From the NCBI GenBank assembly GCA_964627825.1, contig CAZVLJ010000004.1, positions 7,773 through 71,772 on the forward strand: a stretch of 64,000 nt of DNA, in the 5' to 3' direction. Of the stretch, positions 54,650 through 63,360 are shown piece after piece. The notes under the pieces were generated by a model. It was not told the DNA's origin. It ran no database searches and worked only from the letters and a program-made list of their open reading frames with translations. Numbering within the stretch: the first letter of the stretch is position 1; the number at the start of each line of letters is the position of its first letter. The position numbers were made by a program, and so were the translations under genes. The DNA comes from an uncultured Rikenella sp. (GTDB lineage: Bacteria; Bacteroidota; Bacteroidia; Bacteroidales; VadinHA17).

Positions 54650-57310
54650 TTACCGCAGGTTTTCATATTCCTTTGAGTGAAAGATAGCATATCTGTCGAT
54701 ATTCTTGTCTTCCTTGAATTTCTGCAGGTTGTCGGCACTGATCAGCCAGAGGGTAAGGCTGGCTTCGGATGCCTGCCTGATGGTTTGTTCGGGGCTGAAT
54801 CTGTTCAGCCAGCCGGCTGCTTCGGCAGCGTTATCAAACGGCCCTGTGCTGATAAGCAGGTATCCTGCATCTACTGCCGTTCCTTCGGTCCGGTAATTTT
54901 TGTCAGTGAAGTTATCGAGGTTGTAGTTTATAATGTCAAACACAATACGGTTCATGTCAGCACCCGTATTGGAGGCAATAAACATAACATAATGAGCCTG
55001 AGCCGTATCAGCCAGGTAGATCTCTTTCGCTATGCGTGTATCCTCAGCGATCCTTATCTCGGGTTTTTCTCTCCGGAGGAATTCAATTATCTCTGCAGCT
55101 CTCCGGCCTTCGGCGGTAGCGGGGTATTGTGCCACCAGCGAGTCAAGTCTCTCCTTGTATGCCACCTCTCCCTTCAGGGCTCCGGCTGACATGGCTCCGA
55201 GGAGCATAAACTTAGGTATCAGTTCCTCTTCAGGATAGAGGCTCACAGCCCGGGTACAGATGGCTTCTGCATCAGCATACCTCTCTTCAGCAAAGGCCCG
55301 GTATGCTTCCTCATAACTGTGCGATGCCCTGGCGGCCATCTCGCGGTGCCGGTTCATCCATCCCGGATCGGAGAGGATGAGGGCATACTCAGAATCAGGG
55401 AATGATCCAAGGAGTTCTGCCCTGTGGCGGTCAGCCCTTGCCGGGTTGCTATTGCGGAGCAGTCGGTACAGTTCATAGAGAGCTTCCGCCTTAATATTTT
55501 CGTTGTTGCCTGTCCTGGAGGCCTCCTCCAGTGAGGCTGCTGCTGACAGGGTATCACTGATCCGGGAGGCCAGAATCTTACCCTCGCCCAGGAGGGCTTC
55601 GGCGCTGCGCATGACGGAGACGTTCATGAGTGAGTCAGTCAGGGGCAGGTTGCGCAGGTAGTATTCTTTTGTGCGTACGGGCGCCACCCCGGAGCTGTCG
55701 CTCTTTTGGGCCTCACCCTCATTATCTGTCTGCTGGCCGTTGCTGAATGCTGCCCGGGCTTTGTTTGACCTCCTCCAGTTATCCTCCAGTCTCCTGTCGC
55801 CCCAACGGCGCCTGAACTCCGTACGGCCGAAGGTGAGTGCAGCCTGGTTGTAGAAGTACCATCCGCCCTCAGCAGTGATGGCACCACGGTAGCGCTGCTC
55901 GTTCTGATAGTAGAGACCCATGTTGTACCTGTCACTCCCGTCACCCGTGCGTTCGCTGGTCATCTCCTCCTCCACGGAACGGATGAGCCCTGCTATCAGG
56001 GCATCCCTCTCCGAGGAGCTCATGTCCGCCACCCGCCGGAGGCTGTCTTCGGTAATGACCACAGAGTGATACCCGGCGTATTCACCCAGATCCGAGGCCC
56101 TGCGACTGATGAGATCGTAACCGGGGAACCGGTTGTCAATAAGGTAGGAGGCGCTGTCATAATAGAGCCATGCCTTCATATAGTCAGGCTGACCATAGTA
56201 ATGATTGGCGAGGGCGAGGTATGAACGGGCTTTCTGCCGGTTATTGACGGTGCTGCTGGCAGCCGATTGTGACCATAGCCTGAGTGCCTCGTCAGTATTG
56301 CCCAGTCGCTGCTCCAGCTCACCAAGGGCGAAATAGATCTGATCAAGATAGTCCTTGTTCTTCGAGTCGCGGAGCATTTTGCGGAGCGATTTCATAAGAT
56401 CGCCTGCATCGCCCTGCGATATGTCAGTGACGCCTGCCAGGTTGATACCGGCGTTGAATTCAAGGTCATATGGAGGATTCATCCTCATCACTTTGGTGAA
56501 GTGACGGGTTGACATGATGTTGTCACCGGCTTCTCTGTAAACCTGTGCAAGGAGAAAGGTCCAGCGCACCTTCGTCTCGTTACCCGAGGTGTATTCAATT
56601 GCCCGTGACAGCGGTACCACAGCCTCTCCGTAACGCTTCTGGCGCAGGGCGATATCGGCTCGGGTGGAGTAGTACATTGCCTTCAAAGGCTTTGACAGGC
56701 TCTCCGGACCGGGAAGCTCATCAAGCAGGCGGGCAGCCTCAGCATAGTTGCCTTCTTCCGTCTGTATGCGCGCCATCCAGATACCCGCCTCGGTGACGAG
56801 GTCAGTATCGGTGGCAATGGTTGTTGCAAAGGAGAAGGATGCCCTTGCAGCCATGAAGTTTTTCTGGTAGAACTGTGCCCTGGCCATGAGCATATAGGAA
56901 TCGTCTACCCATTCATTATATTCCCTCCTGTTGTAGAACTCATCGTTCCTGTCATTGTCTCCCCTGCGCCCCTTCTCCTCAGGCTGTGCAGTGATGGAGT
57001 GGAGGGCTATCACCTTGGATGCTTTCTGGATGGCTCGTTCCATGTCTGACGAACCGGCGCGTGCCGACTCTTCCCGGGAATATTCAAAGAGTGGGAGGAG
57101 GGCGGTATAGTCATCGCGGTGCGCATCCTTGACCTTCTTTACCCCGGCCTTGTAGGCTTCGTTCCCGTTGAACCAGATGTTGTATTTTGAGATCAGTGAG
57201 TTGTAAAAACGGCTCGCGCCGGTGTTCTTCTCTGCAGAACATCCGGCAAGAACCAGGGCAATGAAGATGATCAGCCCTGCAGTGTATTCCCTATGCCGCA
57301 ATCTCAACAA
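54650..57310 (-). CDS. sprE: TPR-repeat lipoprotein, probable SprE/PorW (T9SS)
   Basis: Lipobox LVLAGCS, then SRFYNSLISKYNIWFNGNEAY, which resembles the SprE/PorW N-terminus from memory. Many TPR-like helices; 886 aa; directly upstream of porX. TTG start (no ATG before the lipobox). Confidence 0.55.
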   Translation of the reverse strand: MLRLRHREYTAGLIIFIALVLAGCSAEKNTGASRFYNSLISKYNIWFNGNEAYKAGVKKVKDAHRDDYTALLPLFEYSREESARAGSSDMERAIQKASKVIALHSITAQPEEKGRRGDNDRNDEFYNRREYNEWVDDSYMLMARAQFYQKNFMAARASFSFATTIATDTDLVTEAGIWMARIQTEEGNYAEAARLLDELPGPESLSKPLKAMYYSTRADIALRQKRYGEAVVPLSRAIEYTSGNETKVRWTFLLAQVYREAGDNIMSTRHFTKVMRMNPPYDLEFNAGINLAGVTDISQGDAGDLMKSLRKMLRDSKNKDYLDQIYFALGELEQRLGNTDEALRLWSQSAASSTVNNRQKARSYLALANHYYGQPDYMKAWLYYDSASYLIDNRFPGYDLISRRASDLGEYAGYHSVVITEDSLRRVADMSSSERDALIAGLIRSVEEEMTSERTGDGSDRYNMGLYYQNEQRYRGAITAEGGWYFYNQAALTFGRTEFRRRWGDRRLEDNWRRSNKARAAFSNGQQTDNEGEAQKSDSSGVAPVRTKEYYLRNLPLTDSLMNVSVMRSAEALLGEGKILASRISDTLSAAASLEEASRTGNNENIKAEALYELYRLLRNSNPARADRHRAELLGSFPDSEYALILSDPGWMNRHREMAARASHSYEEAYRAFAEERYADAEAICTRAVSLYPEEELIPKFMLLGAMSAGALKGEVAYKERLDSLVAQYPATAEGRRAAEIIEFLRREKPEIRIAEDTRIAKEIYLADTAQAHYVMFIASNTGADMNRIVFDIINYNLDNFTDKNYRTEGTAVDAGYLLISTGPFDNAAEAAGWLNRFSPEQTIRQASEASLTLWLISADNLQKFKEDKNIDRYAIFHSKEYENLR

Positions 57311-57345
57311 ATATGTTTTATACTCTTATAACTGAAGAGGCATCC

Positions 57346-57363
57346 CAAAAGTATCCAAAGTTA
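57346..57363 (-). promoter_or_regulatory. two tandem -7 boxes upstream of sprE-porX-tsaE
   Basis: TACTTTTG (57346-57353) and TAACTTTG (57356-57363) on the minus strand, 35 and 45 nt before the TTG start at 57310. Confidence 0.45.
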
Positions 57364-57414
57364 AGAAAAAGAGGTCAGAAAGGAGTGACGTGTCCGGTGA
57401 GGGCGGCAGCAGGC

Positions 57415-58515
57415 TCATTTGACCTCAACCCTCTTCGTCGGGGCCATCTCCTCATTACGCCTGTCAACCTGCTTTACAACCGCCTCAGCCAGGTTCATGA
57501 AGGCAACCCCCGTGACGGAGTCTTCAAGTGCTGCAGGCGTGCCGCTGTCACCCCCGTCACATATGCTCTCAACGATGGGTATTTGCCCCAGCAGCATGGT
57601 GCCGCTCTCAGCGGCAAGCCTGCTGCCGCCCTCCCTGCCGAAGAGGTAAAACTTCTTCCCGGGCAGTTCGGGAGCCTCGAAGAATGACATGTTTTCAACC
57701 AGTCCGAGCACCGGCACATTGATAGACTCACTGCTGAACATGGCTATCCCCTTGCGGGCGTCTGCAAGAGCAACCTCCTGCGGAGTGGTCACCACTATGG
57801 CACCGGTGACAGGCACCTCCTGCACCAGGGTGAGGTGTATGTCGCTCGTCCCGGGAGGGAGATCAAAGATGAGATAGTCAAGCTCACCCCAGTCGCCCTG
57901 TCCTATCAACTGCTTCAGGAAGCTGCTGGCCATGGGTCCGCGCCATATGACAGCATCTGATCCCTTGACGAAGAAGCCGATGGAGAGGATCTTGACGCCA
58001 TACTTTTTCATGGGGATGATCAGATCATTGCCGTTCTCCTTGCGTACTTCGGGATGGAAGTTGCCGGCGTTGAACATTTGTGGCACTGATGGTCCGAAGA
58101 TGTCCGCGTCAAGCAGTCCTGTGGCATAACCCTTTCGTGCCAGTGCCACTGCCAGGTTGACTGCGATGGTTGATTTGCCCACGCCACCCTTGCCTGATGA
58201 GACGGCTATTATGTTCCTTACTCCCGGCAACACATCCCTCTTCGGAACTTTCATCTTTTCAACCACTATCCTGGGTTTTACCTCAATGGAGGAGATGACG
58301 GCATCGGGGCCGAGATGCTCTTTTACTGCCCTGACACAGCTGCTTTTTATTGATGAGAGGAAGGGGTCATTGGATTTCTCGGGCACCAGCACGAGGGTAA
58401 TTCCCTCAGCTGTTACGTTGATTTCACCAACCATGCCCAGTGTGACGATGTTACTCCCCTTTTCAGGATGGGATACCATCCGGAGGGCGTTGAGAATGTT
58501 TTCTTTTGTGTACAT
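57415..58515 (-). CDS. Mrp/NBP35-family iron-sulfur cluster carrier ATPase (ApbC-like)
   Basis: N-terminal DUF59-like domain and deviant Walker A SSGKGGVGKST; 366 aa. Confidence 0.9.
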   Translation of the reverse strand: MYTKENILNALRMVSHPEKGSNIVTLGMVGEINVTAEGITLVLVPEKSNDPFLSSIKSSCVRAVKEHLGPDAVISSIEVKPRIVVEKMKVPKRDVLPGVRNIIAVSSGKGGVGKSTIAVNLAVALARKGYATGLLDADIFGPSVPQMFNAGNFHPEVRKENGNDLIIPMKKYGVKILSIGFFVKGSDAVIWRGPMASSFLKQLIGQGDWGELDYLIFDLPPGTSDIHLTLVQEVPVTGAIVVTTPQEVALADARKGIAMFSSESINVPVLGLVENMSFFEAPELPGKKFYLFGREGGSRLAAESGTMLLGQIPIVESICDGGDSGTPAALEDSVTGVAFMNLAEAVVKQVDRRNEEMAPTKRVEVK

Positions 58516-58520
58516 ATTGG

Positions 58521-58598
58521 TCTACAATTCTTGATGCCCTACAGGCATCTTTTGTTTATGCGGTTATCTGTTCTACAATTCTTGTTGCCCTGCGGGCA
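58521..58598. repeat. two 27-nt direct repeats immediately upstream of the apbC-like start codon
   Basis: TCTACAATTCTTGATGCCCTACAGGCA (58521-58547) and TCTACAATTCTTGTTGCCCTGCGGGCA (58572-58598), 24/27 identical. Each ends in a small hairpin. GTTCTACAATTCTT (58570-58583) is identical to 51136-51149. Confidence 0.8.
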
Positions 58599-58648
58599 AT
58601 GATCAGTCTTCAGTTTCCATTCTTTATTCCTTAACACAATCTGGTTTA

Positions 58649-59005
58649 CTATAGTTCATCAGACGGATCCCAGAACCGTTCATGGAACTCCATTACGTGG
58701 TCATCTTCCACGGTGAATCCCTCATTCTCTAAGAGTTGCTGCATGGTGGATGAGGTGCCGAAGTGGTGTTTGCCGGTGAGAATTCCGTTACGGTTCAGGA
58801 CTCGGTGAGCGGGGATGAATCCATGATCGTGGTGTGATGAGTTGAGTGCCCATCCCACCATTCTTGCCGAGCTGCCGGTGCCGAGGTACCTGGCAATGGC
58901 ACCGTATGAGGTGACCCTGCCATAGGGTATCAGCCTTGTGACATCATATACGCGACTGAAAAAGCCTTCGCTGTCACCCTCCGGGACTGATGATCTCTTT
59001 GTCAT
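58649..59005 (-). CDS. alkyltransferase-like (ATL) protein: MGMT DNA-binding domain lacking the active-site cysteine
   Basis: ..IPYGRVTSYGAIA.. and IPAHRVL where MGMT has PCHRV. Start ATG 59005 overlaps the trmB 3' end by 32 nt. Confidence 0.7.
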   Translation of the reverse strand: MTKRSSVPEGDSEGFFSRVYDVTRLIPYGRVTSYGAIARYLGTGSSARMVGWALNSSHHDHGFIPAHRVLNRNGILTGKHHFGTSSTMQQLLENEGFTVEDDHVMEFHERFWDPSDEL

Positions 59006-59672
59006 TGGGCAGTCTGAAAGCAAGATAGGTGATTGGCACACCCTGGTTAAGGAATATTTGCTCGTAATACGTTCTGATTGACAGCAGCGGGTTTCCGGGC
59101 ATCTGGCGGTGCAGGTCAGTAACGTCTGTAATAATCTCCAGCCCGTTCACGCGAACCAGCTCCGCGGTGTACTGATACAGCTCCTGGCAGTCGGTCTTCA
59201 GGTGCACCTGGCCATTGTTCCTGAGGTAGGTTCTGTAAAGGTTTAGGAAGTGAGGCCCTGAGAGCCTCTTTTTCTCCCTGCTTCTCTTCATCTGGGGATC
59301 AGGAAAGGTAAGCCATATCTCATCAACCTCCCCGGGGGAAAAGAATGAGCCGGTAAACTCTATCCTGGTACGGAGAAAGGCAGCATTGGGGAGCCCGAGG
59401 TTATGAGACTCCTTTGCTCCTCGCCACATGCGGGCTCCCTTTATATCAATGCCGATGAAGTTTCTGTCGGGGTTCCGGCGGGCCAGTCCTACAGTGTACT
59501 CCCCCTTGCCGCATCCAAGTTCCAGGGTGATTGGGTTGCTGTTTCCGAACCATTCGCTGTGCCATTTGCCCCTGAGGTTGTGATCACGTCTGAAGACCTC
59601 ATCGAATGACGGCTCGATCACATGGTCGAACCTTTTCATCTCAGCCCACCGCGCATGTTTGTTCTTGCCCAA
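58974..59672 (-). CDS. trmB: tRNA (guanine46-N7)-methyltransferase
   Basis: SAM motif LELGCGKGEY, ..FPDPQMK.. and ..KRL.. motifs, 232 aa. Confidence 0.9.
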   Translation of the reverse strand: MGKNKHARWAEMKRFDHVIEPSFDEVFRRDHNLRGKWHSEWFGNSNPITLELGCGKGEYTVGLARRNPDRNFIGIDIKGARMWRGAKESHNLGLPNAAFLRTRIEFTGSFFSPGEVDEIWLTFPDPQMKRSREKKRLSGPHFLNLYRTYLRNNGQVHLKTDCQELYQYTAELVRVNGLEIITDVTDLHRQMPGNPLLSIRTYYEQIFLNQGVPITYLAFRLPNDKEIISPGG

Positions 59673-59680
59673 AGCTCCGG

Positions 59681-60169
59681 TTATTTATCGCTCCCCTCCC
59701 TGAAGGAGATCTTCATCCCCATGTCATAGACACCCTTCAGTATGGTGTCACGCATACCGTGTACAACCCTGAAGTGATACTTGCCCTGTTCGGGGAAGTA
59801 AACATTTGATTTATAGGGAATAGTGAGTTCGCGTACAGCGCCGGTGCCTCTGCCCAGCCACTTCCCTTTTTCATCAGTCACCATTGCATGAATGGTGTCT
59901 GTCATTACAGAGCCCGAGGGGAAGGTTGTCATCATGAAAAGGTAGATGTTACGGTACGGGTATTCAGTTGAAGTACGCAATGACAGTTTCATGTTATAGG
60001 TTCTGACGGTGTCATCTATTTCACAGGCGTATCTGGCCGGGTCAAACATGCTCCATTTGCCTCCTTCCAGGGTGTAGTTCTCAGAGTAATGTATGCTGCG
60101 GTCACATGCAACCGCAGATGCCGCCAGTATCAGGGCAGCAATGATGATCTTACTTCTGTTTCCTCTCAT
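59681..60169 (-). CDS. gldH: gliding motility lipoprotein GldH
   Basis: Lipobox LAASAVAC, ..YPYRNIYLF.. motif, about 160 aa, located after the PSP1 gene (a neighbourhood I recall for gldH). Start moved to ATG 60169. Confidence 0.7.
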   Translation of the reverse strand: MRGNRSKIIIAALILAASAVACDRSIHYSENYTLEGGKWSMFDPARYACEIDDTVRTYNMKLSLRTSTEYPYRNIYLFMMTTFPSGSVMTDTIHAMVTDEKGKWLGRGTGAVRELTIPYKSNVYFPEQGKYHFRVVHGMRDTILKGVYDMGMKISFREGSDK

Positions 60170-61292
60170 TTTTCCTGTGGAATGATCTTCTTTTCCCCTT
60201 TCCTTCACGACTCTGGCTTTTCGTTTCAAACCTGGTCAGGCCGCTGTTCTGCAACAGCAGGTCGTTACCTTTGCCTACCCTGTCCTTAGCCGGCCCTGTC
60301 AGAAGGGTCTCCGGCTTGATGCCCTTGCGATTGAGCTGTATGATCTCGCGTACCCTTTCCACCGGCACCGGGGTCATGTCGGCGGCTATGCGCGGATCGG
60401 CAGAGTACCAGTAAACACCTGTATGTACCTCCATCTTGACGAAGTGGGCTGACCCGCCTGCCAGCTCAAGCGATACCTCCCTTGACGGGTATTCCTTCTG
60501 GGCATCAATGTAGCAGTCGAGTTCATAGTTGAGACAGCACTTAAGCTTACCGCACTGCCCGGCAAGTTTCTGGGGATTGAGTGACAGATCCTGGTAGCGG
60601 GCGTGGGAGGTGGTCACCGAATTGAAGTTGGAGAGGTGAGTGGAGCAGCAGAGTTCTCTTCCGCAGGTACCTATGCCACCTATACGGCCGGCCTCCTGGC
60701 GGGCTCCTATCTGCCGCATCTCTATCCTGACATGGAACTCCTCGGCCAGCACCTTGATAAGCTGCCTGAAATCAACCCTTTCGTCGGCCAGGTAATAGAA
60801 GATGGCTTTGGTCTTGTCACCCTGGTACTCCACATCTCCTATCTTCATTGCCAGTCCCAGGTTCTCAGCTATCTTCCTTGAACGAAGCATGGTGGCTTCC
60901 TCAAGCTTCTTCGCCTCCTCCCATTTCTGAAGGTCAACAGGCCTGGCCTTACGGTAAACCTTCTTCATCTCCTCGATAAAAGGCCTGATCTTCATCTTCT
61001 TCAGCTGCTCACGGACGAGGTATCCGGTCATGGAGACATACCCGATATCATGACCCGGAGAAGCCTCCACGGCCACGATGTCATCAACCTCAAGCCTCAG
61101 TTCGTTAACATTGCGGTAGAATCCTTTCCGGGTGTTCTTGAAGCGGACCTCTACAATCTCGTTGCAGCGGTCATCAAAGGGAATATCGGCAAGCCAGTTG
61201 AATTCACTCAGCTTGTGCGTACCTGGAGTGTATCTTGTTTCAGGTCTTACCGGCTCCTCTCCGGACTGGACCTGCGTATCTTCATCAATCAT
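60150..61292 (-). CDS. PSP1-domain protein (RicT/YaaT-like)
   Basis: Cys-rich PSP1 core ..CGRELCCSTHL...GQCGKLKCCLNYE..; 380 aa; downstream of holB. Confidence 0.85.
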   Translation of the reverse strand: MIDEDTQVQSGEEPVRPETRYTPGTHKLSEFNWLADIPFDDRCNEIVEVRFKNTRKGFYRNVNELRLEVDDIVAVEASPGHDIGYVSMTGYLVREQLKKMKIRPFIEEMKKVYRKARPVDLQKWEEAKKLEEATMLRSRKIAENLGLAMKIGDVEYQGDKTKAIFYYLADERVDFRQLIKVLAEEFHVRIEMRQIGARQEAGRIGGIGTCGRELCCSTHLSNFNSVTTSHARYQDLSLNPQKLAGQCGKLKCCLNYELDCYIDAQKEYPSREVSLELAGGSAHFVKMEVHTGVYWYSADPRIAADMTPVPVERVREIIQLNRKGIKPETLLTGPAKDRVGKGNDLLLQNSGLTRFETKSQSREGKGKRRSFHRKNERKQK

Positions 61293-61352
61293 AACATCAA
61301 TTTTCCGTTTCCGGCCCGGGAGTCACATTCTCCGGAGTCCGCAAGGTGAATG

Positions 61353-61360
61353 CAAAATTA
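61353..61360 (-). promoter_or_regulatory. candidate internal -7 box upstream of the PSP1 gene
   Basis: TAATTTTG on the minus strand, 60 nt before ATG 61292, in the 104-nt holB-PSP1 gap. Confidence 0.35.
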
Positions 61361-61396
61361 GCAATAAATGAGCTATTTTCAAGTAATTCCCTTCAG

Positions 61397-62524
61397 TTAC
61401 CTGATTAGTCTCATTGTCTTGAGCGCGAGATCAAGAAAGATCATTTTGGTGTTGCCATTGCTCTCAACATGGGTATATGCAAGATTAAACTCACCGTTGA
61501 GAGCATTGATATTCTTTTCGTTAATGAAGGGATGGAACTTTTCTGAGAACTCATCTTCAGCCCTGGTGAGGTAGACAATACGGTTTTCCCTGCCGTTGAA
61601 GTTTAATATGAAATTTTCGCGGATCAGCCTGAGTGCATAGGAGAGGAAGCTCTTCTGTCTCTCCCTTCCCAGGGCAGCGGTCTCTTCGGACCAGCTTACC
61701 AGCGAGTGGATGTCACGGGTCCATGCTGTACGCATCAGCCGCGTGAACCGATCGAGGTGCACAGCAGTGTTCCCATCCTCACGTGCAAGCTCCATGGCCC
61801 TGACCATATTGCCGTTGGCTATGGCTGCTATCTCCGAGGCCCTGACCGGATCCATGCCCGTGCTTTTTACCAGGTGAGCGCTCAGCTCCTCCGATGAGAT
61901 GGCGGGAATACGTATGTGCTGACAGCGCGAAGTAATTGTTGGTATCAGCTTGTCATCCTCCTCTGATACCAGGATGAAGAGGGTGCGGGCAGGAGGCTCC
62001 TCAATGATCTTCAGCAGCTTGTTTGCCGTCTCGGCATTCATCTTCTCAGGAAGCCAGACTATCATGATCTTGAAGTCTGATTCAAACGACTTCAGGCTGA
62101 GTTTCCGTATTATCTCCGCCGCCTCGGCAACGGGTATGAGGGCCTGCTCGTTGGCCACCTCCATGGCCTCTGTCCAGGTGCTGAGGGTGAACCACGGAGA
62201 ACGGAGTACCATCTCGCGCCACTGGGAGATGTAGGTGTCACTCACCGGTTCAGTGCCTGATTTCTTCTTTATCACCGGGAAGACGAAATGAAGGTCCGGA
62301 TGAATGAGCCTGTCATACTTGACACATGACGGGCACCTGCCACATGCATCTTCCGCGGTGCGGTTTTCACAGCTGATAAATCGCGCAAAAGCCATGGCGA
62401 TTGCAAACTTACCGCTGCCGGGAGGTCCGTAAAAGAGGAGCGCATGACTCACCCTGTTCTCAGCTACGGAGTGCCTGAGCCGGTCAATGACTGCCTTCTG
62501 TCCGGGTATCTGTGAAAAATCCAT
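61397..62524 (-). CDS. holB: DNA polymerase III subunit delta'
   Basis: ALLFYGPPGSGK P-loop, Zn module CGRCPSCVK, ..TITSRCQ.. sensor motif, 375 aa. Confidence 0.85.
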   Translation of the reverse strand: MDFSQIPGQKAVIDRLRHSVAENRVSHALLFYGPPGSGKFAIAMAFARFISCENRTAEDACGRCPSCVKYDRLIHPDLHFVFPVIKKKSGTEPVSDTYISQWREMVLRSPWFTLSTWTEAMEVANEQALIPVAEAAEIIRKLSLKSFESDFKIMIVWLPEKMNAETANKLLKIIEEPPARTLFILVSEEDDKLIPTITSRCQHIRIPAISSEELSAHLVKSTGMDPVRASEIAAIANGNMVRAMELAREDGNTAVHLDRFTRLMRTAWTRDIHSLVSWSEETAALGRERQKSFLSYALRLIRENFILNFNGRENRIVYLTRAEDEFSEKFHPFINEKNINALNGEFNLAYTHVESNGNTKMIFLDLALKTMRLIR

Positions 62525-62547
62525 CTTGATCTTCGACTGACGAAGAA

Positions 62548-62555
62548 CAAATGTA
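62548..62555 (-). promoter_or_regulatory. -7 promoter box for holB
   Basis: TACATTTG on the minus strand, 23 nt before ATG 62524. Confidence 0.5.
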
Positions 62556-62744
62556 GTAAAAAATGGAAGATTTATTTTGTTTCCAGGGATGCCGGTACAG
62601 GGGTCTCAACTCCTCAAGAATCGGAAATACAATCTCAGAGGACCGTCAGAGCGCTGCCTCACCGGCTCCTTCTAATAACTATCAGTGAATCAGGATTTTG
62701 CAGTTACATCGCCTCCCCGCATACTTTTGATAACTGACCGCATA

Positions 62745-63242
62745 TCAGAGTGCTGCCAGCGCACTGTCGTAATCAGGCTCCTGCGCTATCTCCTGAACCA
62801 GCTCGGTGTATACCACCGTACCCTTCTCATCTATTACCACAACGCTCCTTGCGTAGAGTCCTGCCATCGGGCCGTCCAGGATATCAACACCATAGGCATT
62901 GCCAAAAGCAGTGTCACGGAATCCTGAAAGAGTAATAACATTATTTATTCCTTCCGTGGAACAGAAGCGGCCGTGGGCGAAGGGGAGATCTTTGGAGATC
63001 GCCAGTACCACCGCGTTATCCTGTCCTGCTGCAAGCACATTGAATTTACGCACCGAGGTGGCACAGACGGCGGTATCAAGGCTGGGAAAGATGTTGAGAA
63101 TCACTTTTTTGCCAGAATACTCCTCAAGTGAGAGAGAGCCAAGATCTGATTTAACGAGGGTGAATGAAGGAGCCTTGCTTCCCTTCTGCGGGAGTGAACC
63201 TGAAGTGTTGATGGGATTGCCTTTGAGTGTAATTGTTGCCAT
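62745..63242 (-). CDS. tpx: thiol peroxidase
   Basis: ..FPSLDTAVCATS.. (peroxidatic Cys) and ..CSTEG.. (resolving Cys region), 165 aa. Confidence 0.95.
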   Translation of the reverse strand: MATITLKGNPINTSGSLPQKGSKAPSFTLVKSDLGSLSLEEYSGKKVILNIFPSLDTAVCATSVRKFNVLAAGQDNAVVLAISKDLPFAHGRFCSTEGINNVITLSGFRDTAFGNAYGVDILDGPMAGLYARSVVVIDEKGTVVYTELVQEIAQEPDYDSALAAL

Positions 63243-63316
63243 ATTTTTGTTTTAAAATTAAACTATTCATTTTGATTAATGAACAAACAGAGGCTGATAA
63301 GGTTTTCCAAATTGGT

Positions 63317-63324
63317 TAACTTTG
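63317..63324 (+). promoter_or_regulatory. -7 promoter box for pgk
   Basis: TAACTTTG, 36 nt before ATG 63361. Confidence 0.5.
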
Positions 63325-63360
63325 TACTCCTGTATTAGCAAAAATTAAACAATTCTGATT

